The notes under the pieces: generated by a model | Told to the model about the DNA's origin: nothing | Database searches by the model: none | Seen by the model: only the letters and a program-made list of their open reading frames with translations | Shown: positions 56,560 to 64,000 of the stretch, piece after piece | How positions within the stretch are numbered: position 1 is the stretch's first letter | Layout of the letters: the number at the start of each line of letters is the position of its first letter | Source of the DNA: the human T2T-CHM13v2.0 reference genome, Homo sapiens | Length of the DNA stretch: 64,000 bases | Assembly: GCF_009914755.1 (NCBI RefSeq) | Contig: NC_060932.1 | Reading direction: 5' to 3' (one strand) | Position numbers and translations under genes: made by a program

Positions 56560-56790
56560 CAGGCTCCAGGGACGGCTGACAGGGGTTGAATTTCTGTCTC
56601 CTCAACTACCTGTTGCCTATGCTTGAAAAAGTTGTCTTCTCTGAGCCTCAGTTTCCTTATCTTGGAAATTATATTAGTATGATTATGTGTACAGCACTAC
56701 TCTCATTTCATAAAGTGCTTAAACAGTGAAATCATCAGGATATGCACACCATGACATGCAATATGCGTTAGTTATTATTACTCTTGCTGT
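56560..56790 (+). mobile_element. MIR
   Basis: cttctctgagcctcagtttccttatc...taaagtgcttaaacagtg. Confidence 0.7.
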
Positions 56791-57081
56791 TGTTACTGAT
56801 GCAGATATATTTAAGGAGAGTGATCTAAATCTAGACACACTGAGAACACATCATTTTATAAGTGCTTTTCTACGATACCATTTAATGAGAAAGAGTTGTA
56901 GAAAGGACTGCTTACAATGACAGATTCCAAGATCTAGTCCGCTGCCTGCCACGGGTAGGTAGCCTTGACCTGGGTCTGCCCCTGGAAACACATTGCTTGT
57001 GTGCAAATATTCTCTATGCTTCTCATTAGCTTTATGGTGTTTCATCTTTAATATGGGGATTCTAATACAATTTTTCCCCTT

Positions 57082-57399
57082 TATTTCTTTTTGTTTTGTT
57101 TTGAGAAAAGTTCTCACTCTGTCATCCAGACTGGAGGGCAGTGACACCATCACGGCTCACTGCAGTCTTAATGTTCTGCCTCAAGCCATCCTCCCGCCTC
57201 AGACTCCTGAGTACCTGGGACCACAGGCACCCACCACAACATCGTTTCATTAATTATGATGATGATGATGATGATGATGATTACAGACAGGGTTTTACTG
57301 TGTTAACCAAGCTGGTCTCAAACTCCCGAACTCAAGATATCCTCTGGCCTCAGCTTCCCAAAGTGCTGGGATTACAGGTGTGAGCCACCATGCCTGGCC
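57082..57399 (-). mobile_element. AluJ with (GAT)n expansion in the middle linker
   Basis: cacggctcactgcagtct..cctcaagccatcctcccgcctcag J diagnostics; (GAT)8 at about 57258-57281. Confidence 0.93.
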
Positions 57400-57469
57400 C
57401 TTAAAATTCTGTTTGTATCATCCAATAACTTAATGTGTATGATAAGGTGCTTAAAAGTATGCCTTACAC

Positions 57470-57828
57470 GTGTTTGGTCAAACACTATTCCAGGTATTCC
57501 TGGGAAGGTATTTGTGGATGTGAATGACATTTACACTTAATAAAGCAGGTGACCCTCCCTTAGGTGGTGGGCTTCATTCAATCTGAGGGGAACTTTAAGA
57601 GCAAATACTGAGGTTTTCCAAAGAGATTCTTTCTCAAGACTGCAACATCAAACTCCTGAGTGTTCATCCTGCCTTATCGATTTTTGACTTACCAGTCCCT
57701 ATAAATGCATGAGCTAATTCCTTAAAATAAAACTCTCCAGATAGTATGAAAGATTGATGGATGACAGAGAGACATCTCTATTTTTATTTCTCTATCTGTA
57801 TTTCCTCTGGAGAATGCTGACTAATACA
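57470..57828 (+). mobile_element. MLT2 (MLT2D-like) LTR
   Basis: tttggtcaaacactattc...gaaggtatttgtggatgtga...ttccttaaaataaa...ctctggagaatgctgactaataca. Confidence 0.8.
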
Positions 57829-57967
57829 TAGCTTTATACCTTCTATGGTTAGAGAAGCTGTAAATCCTCAAAGCCTGTACTGCCCAATTCTTACCATGAA
57901 AAATAATTTTTATTTGCATAGATACTTGAACGATACGCTCGACTCTACTGTGTAGTTGAATGTAGGC

Positions 57968-58556
57968 ATTTTAGTCTGTTTGGGCTGCTATGACAAAATG
58001 CCATATATTCGGAGGTTTTTAAAGAAAAGACATTTATTTCTCATTGATCTGGAGGCTGGGAAGTCCAAGATCAAGGTGATAGATCAGGTGTCAGTGAGGA
58101 CCCACTTTCTACCCCCACAGATGCTGTATTTTTGCTACATCCTCACATGACAGTAAAACCAGTGTCCTCCAGGCTTGTCTTTAAGCTCCGTTGCCTAACT
58201 GATCTTGTTTTAGCCTCCTTAGTAGCTGGGACCACAGATGCACACCACCATATCTGACTAATTTTTGTACTTTGTGTAGAGACAGAGCCACACAATGTTG
58301 CCCAGATTGATCTTCAACTTCTGGACTCAAGTGATTCACCCTCCTCACAGCCTCCCAAGGTGCTGGGATTACAGGTGTGAGCCACCATGGCTGGCCTGGG
58401 CTCTCTTTTCTATGGATACTGATCCCATTTGTGAACACTTCACCCTTATGACCTAACCACCTCCCAAATGCCCTATGTCCTACTACCATAACCGGGAGGG
58501 TGAGGATTTCAACCTCGGACTTTTGTGGGGAAAGGCACAAACATTCAATCTATAGG
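57968..58556 (-). mobile_element. MLT1A/MSTD-like MaLR LTR interrupted by a partial Alu
   Basis: ttagtctgtttgggctgctatgacaaaatgccat...ggaggctgggaagtccaagatcaaggtg ... tatgacctaaccacctcccaaa...aaacattcaatctatag. Confidence 0.8.
58196..58396 (-). mobile_element. Partial AluJ-like element
   Basis: agcctccttagtagctgggaccacag...cctcccaaggtgctgggattacaggtgtgagccacc. Confidence 0.88.
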
Positions 58557-61500
58557 AATCTGGATATACACATCTTCTGAATACATTAACATTGCACCAT
58601 CTCTTTCTGAAACACACCAGAAACTCGTTACTAGAATCATTTATTTAAATCAGGGAATTTATATGGACTCCAGAATACAAATGTCCTGAACAAACGAAGT
58701 CATCACCTGCCATGTAAGAACATCAGCACCAACATCTAAATTAGCTTAAAACCTGTCACTATCAGTCTTAGCTAACTTTTCCTTAAAACTACTCTATGAT
58801 TATCATTGATTCATGTATTTATTCAAATATTTAATAAAATGAAAAGTTGCTGGGAGCATGAAGTATATTGTGCAAAATTGTTACACAATATAGTGTTTCT
58901 CAAAAATAACAAATAGTGTACCTTAATAGGGCTCACGGCAACAAGATAGAGTCATCAATACCTGAAGAGGAACATACCACGTTACCTGTGATCCCATGGA
59001 AGATACAACATTACTCAGCCCAGGGGTTGATTGGGGTATCTAAGCTGGGGAGAACAGGGGGACGAGAAAGTGGAGAACCTCCAGGGCTTCCTGCAATATG
59101 ATCAAAAATAGTGAGGGAGCCCCATATTGGAGGATAAGCACAGGGAGGCTCTCACAGATACATGAGACTATAGGGTCAGCCCCGCTCACTGTCAAGTTAA
59201 GATTTGGTACACTTACTTCTAGATTTCCAAACTTCCTCCCTGTCTTCAATAATGATTAAGTTCCACAAGACAATCCACTAATTGATGAGAAATAGTGTAA
59301 GTATTTTTCCTGTTCTGTATAAACTTCTCACTTTAAGCTCTACCCTGAATAATCATACTCCTGGTTTGCGGTCAGCGCTGGTTGACTCAGGGAATGCAGG
59401 TAGTATGAATGCACCTGTAGGTTCAAGACCCTTTAAAGGTCTTGCTCGTCCAAAAATAGACAGTATTTTATGTCAGAAGCTTTACTTTTAATGCCACGTA
59501 GCCTCTGTAGAAAGGCACATTTTTAGTTAGGAAGCAGGGAGCAACTGGGTCATTAACAGGCAACTGTGCCTGACTAGGCGTGACCCATGGCCACTCCTGA
59601 TGGAATGACCCTAAGGCCCCCGGTCAGTTAATGTCAGCATCTGTGCTATGTGTAGATGTTTGAGCCTTCAGACACGGAAACACAGATACAACTACATGGT
59701 GCCTGGCCAATAACGTGTTCGATGAATGTCATGCTGCTTGTTTTCTAGATGGTTTCCAGTGGCCTGGTGAAGCATGAATTTATTTTACACACACAAAGTG
59801 CATTTGTTGTGTTGCACAAATGAGCACATGAGCATGCTTCACTTCACAGCTTTCACATCTGTGACATAGTCCTTCGAAGACAAAGTAGAGATGAGGCTGT
59901 GTATTCTTTCTAGGATCCAATTACTCTGAGTTACTTGGTGACTGGATCCACAATGGGCAAAGCTGGGCCCAGAGGGAGATGCCGCCTGGATGAAAGGCAG
60001 GCTCTCAGTAACTAGAGATGGAATGAAGATGGGGTTGAGATTTATTTCCAATAATCAATTCTGTTAAAAACATACGGGAATGGGATTGCCTAATTTCCAT
60101 AATAAATAATAACAATACAGAAATTCTGTAGGCTACAATGTTGAAATGGAGCAAACCCTCAGGATTTGCCGTGTTTTCTTCCCAGAATGGCTGACTGGCC
60201 TGCTTACTAAATCTGCAATTATAAACTGAATTTTGCCCACACATTGCATTCTGCATCTGTTTCACTGTCCCAGAGGGTTGCCAACGTTGCGGCCACGTAC
60301 AGGAGACCGAAGCATTTAAGTGGGATCTTCTGCCCCCACCTTCATTACTACTCTATCTATACCTCTGTTTGCAACAGTGTTATCTCAAAAGGGGAGACTT
60401 TCAATCTTTACCCAGGAGGCAAAAACTCCACTGCCTGATAAAACATAGCATCATGGCAACTAAATGCTTAATTTCTGCTTGACATTTTTCTCTGCCATGA
60501 AGATCAAAATTTCTCCCAGTTACCCCAGCAACCGACATTGTTGCAAACTTCCAGCTAAGTCATTTCTGCCCTTCTTCAGTAAACAGGTATTTTGTTTCAG
60601 ACTGCTTTTCTATCTTAGCCTTCTCTGTTAAATCTAAATGTCTTTGCAAACCACACTGTGATGGGATCTCTGCTTTGCTTTTTCTTATATTCTAAGGATA
60701 ATTAATACTCAGATCGTAACATTATTTTTAAAAATAAACTCAGCGATGAAGTACATGTGAGGCATATCAATTCTTCAAACTCAAAATTCTGTGGACAGTA
60801 AATATTTTAGACAAGTGTCATGCTGAACTATTCCGTTGACTTACAGCAGATTATTCTCACAGACAATTTTTTCTTTAAGCATGCCAACTTTTAAAAGAGT
60901 ACACTCAAGTATTTGCCATTGACATAGAATGGATTAGTAGTACAGCCTTTACATTGGGCTGGAGTTATTTTAATCACACAGCTCTGATAAATTTTTAATC
61001 AGTAGAATAAATCAGGTAATTATAAAACTTCTTGTTCCTTCGTAAAGACTTTAAGAGTAAAAATAGGCATTTTCTTCAGCTTAAGACAAAATGACCCCAT
61101 CACTGAACAAATCGTTTATCATTTAATGATATCGCATTTCTCAACCTTTTTAAATATCAGTTTTGTCAACTGTAAAATGTCTGTATTCCCAAATAGAGGT
61201 GTTCTGAGTGGAAATGCAAAGATTTATTCCAAGAATCTGCTTCAATAAAGCCCCATCATACTCTTTTTAATACATGCACTTTTATGTGTAACTTTGGTGT
61301 ACAATTAATTTGAGAATTACTATGATTTTTATTCCAAAGCATGGTAGTAGAGAATTACAAAAATATTGGTACTAATGCAAGAGTTAGATTAGAGATGCAT
61401 GTCATAGTTCTTGCATATTTCTAATATTAAGTTAGAATAGTTGCAATATTCCATAGTTGAGTAAGTGCAAGAGTTCAATGCAGTAGTTGAATATAGTTAG

Positions 61501-62934
61501 TTACACATTTACCTCGTATGTGATCTGTTCCAGGGCTCTCTTAAGGAAACATACAAAAATATCTTATGTTTGCAAATTACGTAAAAGTACATACTAGTGT
61601 GGATGAATCAAGACCTCATCAGAGCCATGCAAACAAGAAACCTGGACGTTTACACCTGGTTAGGTTCATGGCAAATCTACCTCGGGATATTGTACTTTGT
61701 ACCTTCAAAGTTCTTCGGCTTTTTCTAGTTTACTCTATTTTCAAAACTAATTTCTGGGTTTGATAACACCTCTGACATACTCATAATAGAAACACAGCAA
61801 TTAAATCTTTAAATTAGGTCCATAAATTTAGCTGTCATAAAATGTGCTCACGGGTGAGTCAGAAATAGAAGCCACAATTCCATAGTTCCGGTTCTACAAG
61901 TATTTTTTTAACTCAGATTTTTTTCGCCTAATTCATAAGCGAATATTAAATTCTCCTTGAACCCAAATGAATCATACTGATATTAGTTTAATGTTGCAAT
62001 TACTCTTGTGTTGCCTTAATATTCAGCTTTATATTACTTTTTGAAAGAAGAAATTATGGAAGGTTTAGAAGAGAACCTTTTACTAGAACTGACAACAGAG
62101 GCATGATAAATAAAGTTAAAGTAAGGGTAAGCGTATCTGAACATAGGTCTGGGCATACAGTCAATGATCAGAAAATGCTTTGAGATTCTGTGAAAAGCAA
62201 GGCTTTTCTGTGAGGCTCAATTGCTGTAGAGCCTCAAATCTACCGGGAACTATTGCTTGGGTAGTAGAGGCATGGATTCTGAGTCTAGACAAAAGAGCTC
62301 ATCTCTGAGGCAGAAATATATTCCAACTACAAATGCTATCAGCTATGAAAATAAATTCTTGAGCCAGGCTTTATCTCCTTCAAAGGAGATCTGCAAGTAT
62401 ACCCCAGGCAATAAGCCATAGGAAATAATCTAGTTATGGTCTTGGCCAGAGACAAAAGTAGGAAGTTGATAACTACTTCAAACCCTTTCAGTTCTTACCA
62501 TTTTGTGATTTAAATTCACAAGCTATGCTGGCAGATTCATCAGCTGGTCAAATAATGAATCTATTTTTTATCTTGTCATGCCCTGTGCTAATCTCAGTCC
62601 AGGCTCTCTTTCATGTAAATGAGAGGCTGGTGTTTGAATCAGCTGTACAAAGCTACCGCGAAATGAGATACTGGAGCTGAGTGACAAAGAGTTTAAATTT
62701 ATAAGACTTCAATTTCAGTCCTACATTTCTAAAGACTACTGAATCTTTCATAAATAACTTTCGGTTGTTTATTTCATCGTGCAAAGAACAGGTGGGAAAT
62801 CGCTCAATGATTACCTGCCCACATAGGAAAACATTCATCAGATGATTCAATATGTTATGTTTGGATGGCCAAACAGTTTCCAGGTTTGAGTGAGTGAGAA
62901 GAAAATGAAAGAGGACGGTATACGAAGTAGAAAA

Positions 62935-63220
62935 AGCTGAGTGCAGGGGCTTACACCAAAAATCCTAATGCTTTGGGAGAATGAGGTGGGAGAACCACTT
63001 GAGGCCAGGAGTTTAAGATCAGCCTGGGCAACAAAGTAAGACCTCATCTCTACAAAAACTTAAAAAAATTATTCTGGCATGGTGGCACGCACCAGTAGTC
63101 CTGGCTCCTAAGGGGCCTGAGGCAAGAGGATCACTTGAGTTCATAAGTTGGAGGTTCAGTGAGCGGTGATAGCAACACTGCAGTCCAGCCTGGACAACAG
63201 AACCAGGCACTTCTAGCGAA
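62935..63220 (+). mobile_element. AluJ
   Basis: cacttgaggccaggagtttaagatcagcctgggcaaca...ggatcacttgag J diagnostics. Confidence 0.92.
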
Positions 63221-64000
63221 AATTATGTTGAGCAGCATACCGTATGTTTTAGGACTGACTCTGGTAACGTAAGTATTAGAGAAATTAGAGTTAACCTTAG
63301 AAGTTTTGTTAATCTCTCCTCTTTCAGGGCTCTCATTTAACATGTTCTATTTTCTTGATACCTTTTTTTTCTGATCCAAAAAACTAATGACACCTTCGCC
63401 AAGAAGAGCTTGCTATGCCTTCTCCCCTTTTCCTCTCACTGAAGCCTGGAAGATTTGTCCTTTTTCCTTGAGACTAGTCATCTGTGTTTGCAAGGCATCT
63501 CCATCCAAACCCTTACATTGGCTGGGATGAGGTTTGAGGGGCTGCTACACCCTAGTTAAAAATGTAGAAAATAACACTCTTGACATGAGTTTGCTTTACC
63601 ATTGGCCAAATAAACTCCTCAATTAAGCTGCGCATTCCTTGAAGGAATTATGGGTCTGTCTAGGGGTGATGAACTCCTCATGGTCGAGTCCCCAGTGTCA
63701 TGGTTAGACTTTATTATATGTCAGATGAATCAAAGCAGGATTGTCCAAGGGCAATTCAGGGACAAAACCCACCCTGCTGATTTCTTCACAGTACTCTTGC
63801 TTGGCTGCGCCTCCTCTGCCAATGAGCCAAGTGGAGCTTGGTCGTGAATTATATTAACCTAGAGAGTAGGCTGGAGTTTATTAGAAGTACATTTTAAACA
63901 AAATATCAGCACGTGGAACAAACTGAAAATTTATTTTCAGCAAACTCTGCAAAACTGTCAAGCAAACTCATAATGGTTGCTTCTAGAGAGTTAACTATGC

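Noticed and set aside
62575-62600. Possible U6 snRNA fragment (tgctaatct)
   Set aside because: The match is only about 9 nt and flanking U6 sequence is absent.

Overview
Primate (human-like) AT-rich genomic DNA that reads as deep intronic or intergenic sequence. I cannot assign a locus or gene name. No ORF in the supplied track resembles a real cellular protein; the interpretable ones come from Alu, L1 ORF2, LTR, mariner or microsatellite sequence. The window holds about 14 Alu elements and several L1 fragments, one with a twin-priming inversion. It also holds a full-length dead Hsmar2 mariner split by an L1PA insertion, two Made1 MITEs, MaLR/ERVL LTRs (MSTB, MLT2, MLT1/MSTD, LTR33), MER5A, MER104, MIR/L2 relics and many microsatellites. 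The most unusual structures are: (i) a ~630-bp minisatellite built from the self-complementary 16-mer ATAATCTTAAGATTAT (18255-18885); (ii) an unexplained diverged ~210-bp direct repeat about 1 kb apart (47326-47532 and 48314-48530); (iii) a trimeric Alu whose tail is replaced by a canonical G-quadruplex motif; (iv) several + strand exon-like or recursive-splice-like signals, including a two-exon Cys-rich micro-ORF. Repeat subfamily calls come from remembered consensus sequences, not a database search. I found no convincing evidence of a novel multi-gene system.
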